Below are positions 1-8,429 of a stretch of 64,000 nucleotides of DNA, piece after piece; positions within the stretch are counted from its first letter, which is position 1; each line of letters begins with the position of its first letter. Both the position numbers and the translations under genes were made by a program. Origin of the DNA: an uncultured Klebsiella sp. Its GTDB lineage: Bacteria > Verrucomicrobiota > Verrucomicrobiia > Limisphaerales > SXTU01. The notes under the pieces were generated by a model that did no database searches, was not told where the DNA came from, and saw nothing but the letters and a program-made list of their open reading frames with translations. Location of the stretch: NCBI GenBank assembly GCA_964591495.1, contig CAZQEW010000002.1, forward strand, positions 37 through 64,036. The letters are read 5' to 3'.

Positions 1-2
1 AA

Positions 3-1628
3 CGCGACACCGCGCAACGGCTGTTGGTGGAGCGGCAGGACAAAGCGGCGGTGGAAGGGTTGAAGAAGCTCGTGCTTGAAGCGAAGGAGCCGAAGGTGCG
101 GGTGCAGGCGCTCTGCACGCTGGAAGGGCTAAACTCGATTGATGTCACAGCGCTCGCAAAGGCTCTTGACGATTCGCATCCAGCAGCCCGCGCACATTCT
201 GTGCGGGTGAGTGAGAGGCTATTCGCACAACCAAGCAAACAAACGAACGGAGAGCCGAACAATGCAGCACAATCCTTGGCAATAGTCCTCCAACTCCGCG
301 CGTTAGACGCCAAAGCTACGGTCCGGTTCCAAGTTGCTCTAAGTGCGGGCGAGTGGGGGTCACAAGCCGGCAGACTTGCAATGGAAGCTGCAAAGGCAGC
401 GTCTGGAACCGACACCGCCATTCAACTCGCTGCGTTGAGTTCCATCACAGGAAAGATTCCATCTGCTGTTCAATCATTGCTTCAGAACAGCGGAACCAGC
501 CTCCCACCGTTGGATTTGGCTGCTGGCTTGGTTCGTCAGGCCGTTGCCGAGAAGGACTTTGAATCGTTGAGTGAGCTTATCGAAGCCTCGAACAGCTCCC
601 ACAAGAGCGACAAGCAGGTCATCCTATCCGCTAGTGTGCTTGCTGCGCTCCATGGTGCGCTTGAGAAGGCGGGGCAAAGCTTGCCCCAGTTCCTAGCAAG
701 CGGACCGAGTCGACAACGCATTCGGCTTGAAGGCTCATGTCGCATGATTCACGAGCAGTCGCGTGCGTATGTGACTGAGCCAAATATTTTGCTGGAAGTC
801 CGGCAGCATTGCATCCGTGTTCTTGGAAGGGATGCAGTCACTCGAAAAGATGATTTGGCTCTCCTTGCTTCCCTGCTGACGCCTCGAATGCCGAGTTCGA
901 TGCAAATGGAGGCTGTTACCACCCTCGCCCAACTCGGCGGCTCCGACTCCGCCAGCGCCCTGCTCGCCGATTGGAAGGCCCACAGCCCCGCGCTCCGCGA
1001 GGCCGTCCTCAGCGCGCTGCTCTCGCGCCCGGCGTGGATTGACACCCTCCTCACCGCCATCGAGCGCGGACAGGTCGCCCCCACGCAAATCAGCCCCGCC
1101 CAGCGCCAGAAGCTCACCACCCACCCGCAGGCCGCGCTCCGCGACCGCGCCACGAAACTCTTCGCCGCCACCAGCGCCGACCGCGTCAAGGTCATCAAGG
1201 ACTACGCCGTCGTCGCCACGCTCACCGGCAGCGAAACGCGTGGGCGCGAGCTGTTCACGAAGCAGTGCGGCGTCTGCCACAAGCTCAAGGGCGAGGGCCG
1301 CGAGATCGGCCCCGACCTCGCCATGACCACCACGCGCGACACCGACTGGCTGCTCACCGCCATCCTCGACCCCAACGCCGCCGTCGAGGCCCGCTACCTC
1401 GGCTACACCGCCGAGACCAAGTCCGGCCGCGAGTTCACCGGCATCATCACCGCCGAGACCCCGAACAACCTCGTCATGCGCGGCGCCGACGGCACCGAGG
1501 AAACCATCCTCCGCACCGACTTGAAGCAACTCCTCGGTTCCGGCCTCTCACTAATGCCCGAGGGAATGGAGTCCGCCCTGAAACCCCAAGACATGGCGGA
1601 CCTGCTCGCCTTTATCCGCGCCAAGTAG
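3..1628 (+). CDS. HEAT-repeat protein with C-terminal c-type cytochrome domain (PVC-type heme-binding CxxCH family); 5' end probably outside the window
   Basis: The frame is open from the window edge, with no stop upstream of the GTG at 24. HEAT-like helical repeats are present. A CGVCH heme motif is encoded at nt 1266-1280, followed by the LMPEGM...DLLAFI tail typical of the Pirellula/Verrucomicrobium heme-binding domain. Confidence 0.8.
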   Translation, partial: RDTAQRLLVERQDKAAVEGLKKLVLEAKEPKVRVQALCTLEGLNSIDVTALAKALDDSHPAARAHSVRVSERLFAQPSKQTNGEPNNAAQSLAIVLQLRALDAKATVRFQVALSAGEWGSQAGRLAMEAAKAASGTDTAIQLAALSSITGKIPSAVQSLLQNSGTSLPPLDLAAGLVRQAVAEKDFESLSELIEASNSSHKSDKQVILSASVLAALHGALEKAGQSLPQFLASGPSRQRIRLEGSCRMIHEQSRAYVTEPNILLEVRQHCIRVLGRDAVTRKDDLALLASLLTPRMPSSMQMEAVTTLAQLGGSDSASALLADWKAHSPALREAVLSALLSRPAWIDTLLTAIERGQVAPTQISPAQRQKLTTHPQAALRDRATKLFAATSADRVKVIKDYAVVATLTGSETRGRELFTKQCGVCHKLKGEGREIGPDLAMTTTRDTDWLLTAILDPNAAVEARYLGYTAETKSGREFTGIITAETPNNLVMRGADGTEETILRTDLKQLLGSGLSLMPEGMESALKPQDMADLLAFIRAK

Positions 1629-1715
1629 CTCGACATTCCGATGGCGAGATCCAGCCGTGCCGACATTCACCAAACTCGACATCGGAAGGTCGAGCTACCT
1701 TCGCACCGCAGCCGT

Positions 1716-1842
1716 CCCCTCCCTCTCCCTTTGCGCAGCAAGGGGAGAGGGTGGGGTGAGGGGTTCGCTGCGTGGCGTTGGTGGCCGCACCCCTCATCCG
1801 GCCTTCGGCCACCTTCTCCCCTCGCTTCGCGAAGGGAGAAGG
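1716..1842. terminator. Two GC-rich imperfect hairpins between convergent genes (likely bidirectional terminator / REP-like element)
   Basis: ccctctccc (1721-1729) pairs with gggagaggg (1743-1751). ccttctccc (1812-1820) pairs with gggagaagg (1834-1842) around the palindrome cttcgcgaag. The element lies between the stop at 1628 and the convergent ggt stop at 1870. Confidence 0.4.
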
Positions 1843-1869
1843 CTCGCGGGTTGCCCGACTCTACCAATG

Positions 1870-3597
1870 TCAGAAGCCCGCCGCCTTGCCGTCGGTGACA
1901 CGCGGGTCATGCGAGCCGAGGAAGCTCTTGCCGTCCTTCGCGCGGCCCACGGCCTGGCAAACGCCCATCGAATTGAGTTCCTTGAGCTTGTGCCCGCGCC
2001 GTTCAAGCTCGCGGCGCACGGCGTCGGGGAAGGTGTTTTCGATGCGCAGCTCATCCGGGCTCCACTGCTGGTGGAAGCGCGGCTGGGCGAGCGCTTCCGC
2101 CGGATCGCGCCCGAAGTCCACGACGTGCAGGATGGCCAGCAAGGTCTGCGTGATGATGGTCGGGCCGCCGGCTGCTCCGACGCTGAGGATGGGCTGGCCG
2201 TCCTTCAGCACAATCGTCGGTGACATGCTGGAGAGCGGGCGCTTGCCGGGCGCGACGGCGTTGGCCTCCGCGCCGACGAGGCCGAAGAAGTTCGCCGTGC
2301 CGGGCTGCGCGGAGAAGTCGTCCATCTCGTTGTTGAGCACGACGCCGGTGCTGGGCACGACGACTTTCGAACCGTAACTGGTGTTGATGGTCGCGGTGCA
2401 GGCCACCCAGTTGCCTTCGGCGTCGGCGGCGGAGAAGTGCGTGGTGTGCTTGCCGAAGACATCGGTCGTCGAGTTCGGCGGCGTGTTGTGCTTGGGAACG
2501 AGCGCGGCCTTCTTGAGATCAATCTTCTTGGCGAGCTGCGCGGCGTAGCCCTTGTCCACGAGGCCGCGCGGCACGGGCGCGAAGTCGGGATCGCCGAGCC
2601 AATGAGCGCGGTCGGCAAAGGCAAGCTTCATAGCCTCGGCGACGACGTGGACGAAGTCCGGCGAGTCCGCGCCCATCGCCTTGAGGTCGAACTGTTCGAG
2701 GATGTTCAGTATTTGCGCCACATGGACGCCGCCGGAGCTGGGCGGCGGGAAGCCTATGATTTCGTGGCCGCGATAGGTCGTGCGGAGCGGCGGACGCGGC
2801 TTGGCGGCGTAGTTCGCGAAGTCGGCCTCGGTGAGCAGACCGCCGTTGGCACGCATCCAAGCCGCCGTGAGCTTCGCGAACGGGCCGCGATAAAACCAGT
2901 CCGGCCCCTGCACCGCCAGCGCGCGAAAGGTGCGGGAAAGCTCGGCCTGTCGCAGCGTGTCGCCGGCCTGCCAGGGCGAGCCATCGGGACGGAGGAAAAT
3001 CGCGCGGCTGGCGGGGAACTTGGCGAGGTCCTTCGCCACTCCGGCAAGCCGGCTGGCGTAGTTGCGGGTCACCGGGAAGCCCGCCTCGGCCACGCGCGCG
3101 GCGGCGAGGCAATGGTCCGCCCACGGGAGCTTCCCATATTTCGAGACCGCCTGATGAAACGCGGCGATCTCGCCCGGCACTCCCACCGCAAGCGCACCGG
3201 TCTGGCTGAGTTCGGCCACAGCCTTGCCGTCGCGCACGAACATGTCGCGTGTGGCCTTGGCCGGGGCCATCTCGCGCCCGTCAATCGCCACGACCTCGCC
3301 GTTCGCCCGCCGGATGACGAGGAAGCAGCCGCCGCCGATGCCGGAGTTGTGGCTGTCCACGACGCTGAGGACGAGGCCAGCGGTGACAATGGCGTCCACG
3401 GCGTTGCCCCCACGACGCATCGCATCCACGGCGGCTTCAGTCGCGAGCGGGTGGACCGTGGCGACCATGCCGCGCTCGGCTGCAAAAACGGTAGACGGGA
3501 AGATTAGCCGCGAAAGGACGCATAGTGCGCAAAGGGCGAACCAAGCGGGACTTGCTCTGCGCACTTTGCGTCCCTTCGCGGCTGAGTCGGTGTTCAT
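1870..3597 (-). CDS. ggt: gamma-glutamyltranspeptidase
   Basis: Contains MVATVHPLATEAAVDAMRRGGNAVDAIV, the autoprocessing site TTHFSAAD, and SGIGGGCF and NNEMDDF motifs. Start taken at MNTDS (3597) because it precedes a signal-like segment, WFALCALCVLSRLIF; the track ORF extends to 3765. Confidence 0.92.
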   Translation of the reverse strand: MNTDSAAKGRKVRRASPAWFALCALCVLSRLIFPSTVFAAERGMVATVHPLATEAAVDAMRRGGNAVDAIVTAGLVLSVVDSHNSGIGGGCFLVIRRANGEVVAIDGREMAPAKATRDMFVRDGKAVAELSQTGALAVGVPGEIAAFHQAVSKYGKLPWADHCLAAARVAEAGFPVTRNYASRLAGVAKDLAKFPASRAIFLRPDGSPWQAGDTLRQAELSRTFRALAVQGPDWFYRGPFAKLTAAWMRANGGLLTEADFANYAAKPRPPLRTTYRGHEIIGFPPPSSGGVHVAQILNILEQFDLKAMGADSPDFVHVVAEAMKLAFADRAHWLGDPDFAPVPRGLVDKGYAAQLAKKIDLKKAALVPKHNTPPNSTTDVFGKHTTHFSAADAEGNWVACTATINTSYGSKVVVPSTGVVLNNEMDDFSAQPGTANFFGLVGAEANAVAPGKRPLSSMSPTIVLKDGQPILSVGAAGGPTIITQTLLAILHVVDFGRDPAEALAQPRFHQQWSPDELRIENTFPDAVRRELERRGHKLKELNSMGVCQAVGRAKDGKSFLGSHDPRVTDGKAAGF

Positions 3598-3605
3598 AGG
3601 ACATT

Positions 3606-3935
3606 TCAAGCAACCGTCAGGGGCCCATCGAAAACAGTGAGACTCAAAACTTCGGTCTTCGCGAAGTGCGGCCCGTGACGTTCGCCCTTCGGAGCGTGGA
3701 AGAGCGTGCCGGGGCCGTAGGTCACTTCGGATTCCACCCACTCGCCGCTCAGTATGTAAGCCCACTCGTTGGCGGCGGGGTGCGTGTGCGCGGGCACTTG
3801 CGTGCCGGCGGCGAACTTGCGAAGGACAACGAGCCCGCCGGTGGCTTCGTGCTTGTGGAGGACTTTGAGTTCAACGCCAGCGTAAGGGCCGGGTTGCCAG
3901 GATTTGTCAGCGGCGTGCGCCAAGTATTGGAACAT
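3606..3935 (-). CDS. cupin-domain protein (ChrR-like cupin)
   Basis: Cupin metal motif VPAHTHPAANEWAYILSGEW ... GERHGPH. The start could be the ATG at 3935 or the GTG at 3962. Confidence 0.7.
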   Translation of the reverse strand: MFQYLAHAADKSWQPGPYAGVELKVLHKHEATGGLVVLRKFAAGTQVPAHTHPAANEWAYILSGEWVESEVTYGPGTLFHAPKGERHGPHFAKTEVLSLTVFDGPLTVA

Positions 3936-3996
3936 GGCGACATGGCATCGGGTCGCACGCACTTTGGCAAGCCCGGTGCGAACTGAAGCCGGCCCA

Positions 3997-5511
3997 TCAG
4001 CCCTGAACCGCCTTCACCAGCCCGTCGATCGTGTGCTGCTTTGCCTCCACGGTCGGCTTCAGGCCGAGCGCGACGAGCGCCTTCGTGGTCTCGGGGCCGA
4101 TGCTCGCGGTCTTGAGCGTGGGAAACTTCTTCAGCAGCTCCGGCAGGTTGAAGCGCGCGTGGAAATTCTCCACCGCCGAACTGCTCGCGAAGGTCAGCCA
4201 GTCCGCGCCGTCCTCCCGCAGGCGCGCGGCAGCACCGGTCAAATCCTCGGTCTCGGGCACGGTCTGATACACGGCCACGTCGTCCACGATGGCCCCCTGC
4301 TCTTCCAGGAGCTTCGGCAGCTCAGGATTCGCCACCTCGGCGCGCAGCAGGAGGATGCGCAGGTTCTCCAAGTCGTCCTTGGTCGCGATGGCCTTGGCAA
4401 TGTCCTTGGCGACATATTTGTCCGGCATCGCGTCCACGGAGAGGTGCAGTTCCTTCAGCTTGGCCGCCGTGGCCGGGCCGACCGCGGCGAGCCGCACGCA
4501 GCCGAGCCCGCGGATGTCGTCGAAGGCTTTGAAGTAATAGTCAAAGAAGCTGGTGACCCCATTCGGGCTGGTGAAGACGATCCATTGGTAAGTGCCCAAC
4601 CCACCCATCGCCTCGGCCAGCACCTCGCGTTTCGACGGCGCGGTGATCTTGATGGTGGGGATTTCCAGGACGTCCGCGCCGAGCTCCACCAGCTGGCGGG
4701 CCAGGTCGCTGGCCTGCTCCCGCGTGCGCGTGACGACGATGCGCTGGCGGAAGAGCGGACGCTTCTCGAACCAGTTCAGCTTCCCGCGCAGCTTCACCAC
4801 ACCGCCGATGATCGTCACGGCGGGTGCGGTGAACTTCGCCTTGTCCACCACGTCGGCAATCGTGGCCAGCGTGCCTTCGATGCTTTGCTGCCGGCCCGTC
4901 GTGCCCCACCGCACCAGCGCGACCGGCGTGTCCGCCGCCATGCCGTGCGCCACGAGCTGCTCCGCGATGCGCCGGATGCGCTCGACGCCCATGAGCACGA
5001 CCTTCGTGCCCGTGGACTTGGCCAGCTGCGCCCAGTCAATGCTGCTCTCGTCCTTGGTCGGGTCTTCATGCCCGGTGAGCACGGTGAAGCTGGAGCAATG
5101 GTCGCGGTGCGTGACGGGAATGCCCGCATAGTTCGGCCCCGCGATGAACGAAGAGACGCCCGGCACCACCTCGAACGGCACTTTCGCCGCCGCCAGTTCC
5201 TCGGCCTCCTCGCCGCCACGGCCGAAGATGTAGGGATCGCCGCCCTTGAGCCGCACGACACATTTGCCTTCCTTGGCCTTCGTCACGAGCAGCTGGTTCA
5301 GCTCCTCCTGCGGGATGGCATGGGCGGCGGCGCGCTTCCCGCCGTAGATGAACTCGGCGGACTTGGGCGCGAGGCGGAGCAGGTCAGCGTTGACCAGCGC
5401 GTCATAGACCACCACGTCCGCGCGCGCCAGGAGCTCCGCGCCGCGGCGCGTGAGCAGACCCGCATCGCCCGGTCCCGCGCCTACCAAATAAACTGTGCCC
5501 TTTGGCTTCAT
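3997..5511 (-). CDS. cobA: uroporphyrinogen-III C-methyltransferase fused to uroporphyrinogen-III synthase (CobA/HemD)
   Basis: N-terminal VYLVGAGPGDAGLLTRRGAELLARADVVVYDALV and GGDPYIFGRGGEE (SUMT). The C-terminal ~250 aa are HemD-like (IVVTRTREQASDLARQL...). Confidence 0.9.
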   Translation of the reverse strand: MKPKGTVYLVGAGPGDAGLLTRRGAELLARADVVVYDALVNADLLRLAPKSAEFIYGGKRAAAHAIPQEELNQLLVTKAKEGKCVVRLKGGDPYIFGRGGEEAEELAAAKVPFEVVPGVSSFIAGPNYAGIPVTHRDHCSSFTVLTGHEDPTKDESSIDWAQLAKSTGTKVVLMGVERIRRIAEQLVAHGMAADTPVALVRWGTTGRQQSIEGTLATIADVVDKAKFTAPAVTIIGGVVKLRGKLNWFEKRPLFRQRIVVTRTREQASDLARQLVELGADVLEIPTIKITAPSKREVLAEAMGGLGTYQWIVFTSPNGVTSFFDYYFKAFDDIRGLGCVRLAAVGPATAAKLKELHLSVDAMPDKYVAKDIAKAIATKDDLENLRILLLRAEVANPELPKLLEEQGAIVDDVAVYQTVPETEDLTGAAARLREDGADWLTFASSSAVENFHARFNLPELLKKFPTLKTASIGPETTKALVALGLKPTVEAKQHTIDGLVKAVQG

Positions 5512-5616
5512 GTGCGCGGGACTGTAAAAGCGGGCTGCGAAAGCTCAAAGGGCAAAAGCGGGCCGGACAAAGAACGGCATTGCCAGCGGCGGCGGCTTCC
5601 CGTTCCTTCTTTCCCC

Positions 5617-6423
5617 ATGAAATCCGCCCTCGCCATCTTCGCGCATCCGGACGACATCGAGTTCGTCGCCGCCGGCACCCTGCTCCTGCTCAAGCAGCGC
5701 GGCTGGGAAACCCACTACCTCAACCTCTCCACCGGCAACTGCGGCAGCGTCGAATTCAGCCCGGCCAAAACCCGGCGCGTGCGGCTGGCCGAGGCCAAGG
5801 CGGCGGCGAAGACTCTCGGCGCGCACTTCCACCCGCCCCTGTGCGACGATTTGGAAATCCTCTACGAGGTGAAGACCCTGCGCCGGCTCGCGGCCGTCAT
5901 CCGTGAGGCCCAGCCCAGCGTCATCCTCACGCACTCGCCGCAGGACTACATGGAGGACCACATGAACACCTGCCGGCTCACGGTGACCGCGGCGTTCACC
6001 CACGGAATGCCGAACTTCCACACCACCCCGCCGCGCCCCACCTACGCGCACGATGTGACCCTCTACCATGCCATGCCGCATGGCCTGTGCGACCCGCTGC
6101 GGCGGCGGATCATCCCCGGCGCATTCGTGAACACCACCGCCGTCCACGCCACCAAGCTCGCCGCGCTCGCCGCGCACCAGAGCCAGCAAGGCTGGTTGGA
6201 CGTGAGCCAGGGCATGAACTCCTACCTGCGCTCAATGGAGGAAATGTCCCGTGCCGTCGGCAAGCTCTCGAAGCGGTTCAAGTTCGCCGAAGGCTGGCGT
6301 CGCCATCTGCACCTTGGCTTCAGCGGAGCTGAGATTGACCCGCTGGCGGATGCGCTGGGGAAGGACTACCTGATCAACAAGACCTACGAGCGGGATTTGC
6401 TGTCGGGCAGCACCGGCCGTTAG
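5617..6423 (+). CDS. PIG-L/LmbE family deacetylase
   Basis: MKSALAIFAHPDDIEFVAAGTLLL (the AHPDD motif) and a later HxDH-type region (SPQDYMEDHMN). Only the last 268 codons of the 839-aa track ORF look like real protein. Confidence 0.8.
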   Translation: MKSALAIFAHPDDIEFVAAGTLLLLKQRGWETHYLNLSTGNCGSVEFSPAKTRRVRLAEAKAAAKTLGAHFHPPLCDDLEILYEVKTLRRLAAVIREAQPSVILTHSPQDYMEDHMNTCRLTVTAAFTHGMPNFHTTPPRPTYAHDVTLYHAMPHGLCDPLRRRIIPGAFVNTTAVHATKLAALAAHQSQQGWLDVSQGMNSYLRSMEEMSRAVGKLSKRFKFAEGWRRHLHLGFSGAEIDPLADALGKDYLINKTYERDLLSGSTGR

Positions 6424-6827
6424 TCCATGATGACAACTTGAAGGCGGTTGCGATCGAGGGCGAAGCGCTTGCCGGGCGGCGGCTTGGGCAGGGCGGGCAG
6501 ATATTTTTCCCGCACTAGCGTGGTGAAGTCAGCCGGCAGCTTTTGGTGGTCCATCTGATACAGGTGGATTGCGCCGGTGAGTTCCTGGTGCACCGGCAAA
6601 CGCAACGAGGCATCCGCTGGCGCGGTGGGCAAGAAGTCGGGCGCGGGAAGGGATGCCGGCCGCTGGGCCTGCGGGGCTGCCTTGCCTGCCGTTTGAGACG
6701 CCGCCGCGGCTTCAGTGGCGGCAACCGGCACTGATGCGGGGGCCGCGGGGGCCTCCCGCTTGCGTCGACACCCCGGGGCTGCCGATACGAACGCCACAAC
6801 CACGGCGACAAGGACGAGCGTCTTCAT
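6420..6827 (-). CDS. small lipoprotein, unknown function
   Basis: Signal peptide plus lipobox-like AAPGC, an Ala/Pro-rich linker, and a C-terminal globular part. It lies directly downstream of the DUF1559 gene on the same strand. Confidence 0.55.
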   Translation of the reverse strand: MKTLVLVAVVVAFVSAAPGCRRKREAPAAPASVPVAATEAAAASQTAGKAAPQAQRPASLPAPDFLPTAPADASLRLPVHQELTGAIHLYQMDHQKLPADFTTLVREKYLPALPKPPPGKRFALDRNRLQVVIMD

Positions 6828-6861
6828 CTTCGATTCCCGTGCGGCGTGAACCAGCCTGCCA

Positions 6862-7635
6862 TCAAAACGCGGCGGTGTAGCTGGCGGTAAAGGGTGCCGC
6901 CACAGTGTCCGTGTCTTGGCCGGCCGCGTTCAACAGCCCGAAATCGCCGCTGGTAAGCTTGGTGTGATGCCGCCATTCGACATGTCCATCCATGTGAATC
7001 AGGTTTCCGCCACCCTGATGATTCGATGAATACCATTCCCAGTAGGGGTAAGCCAGACCGGGATAAGTATTGGGATTACGGGTCAGGTGCCAGTTTGTGT
7101 AAGTGCGGGGCGTGCCAGTTCCAGAAGGGCGGAGCCACGCCACGTGCGTTCGCGCGGAACTCTCCTGCATGCTGATGATGCGGCTGGGGTTCGGCACATT
7201 CGCCACCCGCCGCACGAAGCTGTTGGCCCCCATCACCACCGCGTTGCCGATGTAAATGGTGTCGTTGTTTGCGTCGGCCGCGTTGGCCGCAGCCTGCCAC
7301 TCCAACCGTGAGGCGACGCAAGTGAAAGCCTTGCTGTTGGTGCCCAGGTTCGGCTGCAAAACGCCGAGAAAGTTCGGGGTGGTGGACGTGGCAAAGAAGT
7401 TAACGTTGCCCGCGTTCTGATAGGGCGTGCGATCATCCTGATCCGCCGCATACATCATGAAGGCGAGTGCAACCTGCTTTTGATTTGAAAGACACTGGGT
7501 GCGCTTGGCTTTTTCCTTAGCCTTGCTCAGGGCAGGCAGCAGCATCCCCGCGAGAATGGCGATGGTGGCAATGACGACCAGAAGTTCGATGAGGGTGAAA
7601 CCAGCGGCCCGAGCGGGATGGCGCGACGTGTTCAT
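6862..7635 (-). CDS. prepilin-type N-terminal cleavage/methylation domain protein, DUF1559 (H-X9-DG) family
   Basis: [25 protein letters not shown] prepilin motif. The C-terminal [14 protein letters not shown] fits H-X9-DG. Confidence 0.88.
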   Translation of the reverse strand: MNTSRHPARAAGFTLIELLVVIATIAILAGMLLPALSKAKEKAKRTQCLSNQKQVALAFMMYAADQDDRTPYQNAGNVNFFATSTTPNFLGVLQPNLGTNSKAFTCVASRLEWQAAANAADANNDTIYIGNAVVMGANSFVRRVANVPNPSRIISMQESSARTHVAWLRPSGTGTPRTYTNWHLTRNPNTYPGLAYPYWEWYSSNHQGGGNLIHMDGHVEWRHHTKLTSGDFGLLNAAGQDTDTVAAPFTASYTAAF

Positions 7636-7733
7636 GGCCTTAAATGGGTCTGGGCGAATCTGCTAGCCGGGCGCACCCTTGGCAAGCGGAGTTTTTGCGC
7701 GACCGCCCCCAACTGCCCTACCGGACAAAGGCG

Positions 7734-8366
7734 TTACTTTGCGTCCAGCACGCGCCACAGATACCACGACGCGATGGAGCGGTAGGGCCGCCAGCGTTCG
7801 CCCTCGGCGAGGAGTTCCTTCGGCGTGGGCAGTTCCTTCCAACCGTAAGCCTTGGCGAAGCCGCAGCGCACGCCGTAGTCGCCCACGGGTAACACATCGC
7901 GGCGGCCAAGGGTGAAAATGAGGAACATCTCGACGGTCCAAGGCCCGACGCCGCGAATCTCCGTGAGGCGCGCGACCAGCTCCGCATCGCTCAATCGCGC
8001 GGCCGCGCGGCGCGTGGGGACATGGCCGGTGGTCGCTTTGTGGGCGATGTCCTTGATGGCCGCCGTCTTGGCCCGCGACAAACCGGCGCTGCGCAGACGC
8101 TCGTCCGGCGCGGCCAGCACCGCTTCGGGCGGCGGAAATTTCGCTCCGGGAAACAGGGCGATGAAGCGCTTGAGGATGGTCTGCGCCGCCGTGCCGTTGA
8201 GCTGCTGGTGCGTCACGGCCTGCACCAGGGACTGGTAGGGCGGGCAGTTCCGGCGCGGGCGCAATTTGCATGGCCCCACGTCGCGGATGACGCGCGCGAG
8301 CACGCGGTCGGCCTTGGACAGGTGGCGTTCAGCGTCCGCGTGCATCTGATGAAGTGAGGCGGACAC
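7734..8366 (-). CDS. alkA: DNA-3-methyladenine glycosylase II (HhH-GPD family)
   Basis: HhH-GPD hallmark EIRGVGPWTVEMFLIF...LPVGDYGVR. Confidence 0.85.
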   Translation of the reverse strand: MSASLHQMHADAERHLSKADRVLARVIRDVGPCKLRPRRNCPPYQSLVQAVTHQQLNGTAAQTILKRFIALFPGAKFPPPEAVLAAPDERLRSAGLSRAKTAAIKDIAHKATTGHVPTRRAAARLSDAELVARLTEIRGVGPWTVEMFLIFTLGRRDVLPVGDYGVRCGFAKAYGWKELPTPKELLAEGERWRPYRSIASWYLWRVLDAK

Positions 8367-8429
8367 TCTTGTCCGCTCTGGTTGATTTAGCCCGGCGGCG
8401 GGACAGGAGTGTCCCGCTCACGGCTGCGC

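Noticed and set aside
3904-5616. 5' two-thirds of the 839-aa plus-strand ORF (3904-6423)
   Set aside because: It is antisense to the well-supported cobA/hemD gene. The translation is Arg/Gly/Ala/His-rich with no domain signature. Only the last 268 codons, from the ATG at 5617, look like a real PIG-L deacetylase.
5512-5616. Possible cobalamin riboswitch upstream of cobA/hemD
   Set aside because: The gap is only 105 nt and is shared with a divergent gene. That is too short for the ~200-nt element, and no B12-box-like sequence was seen.
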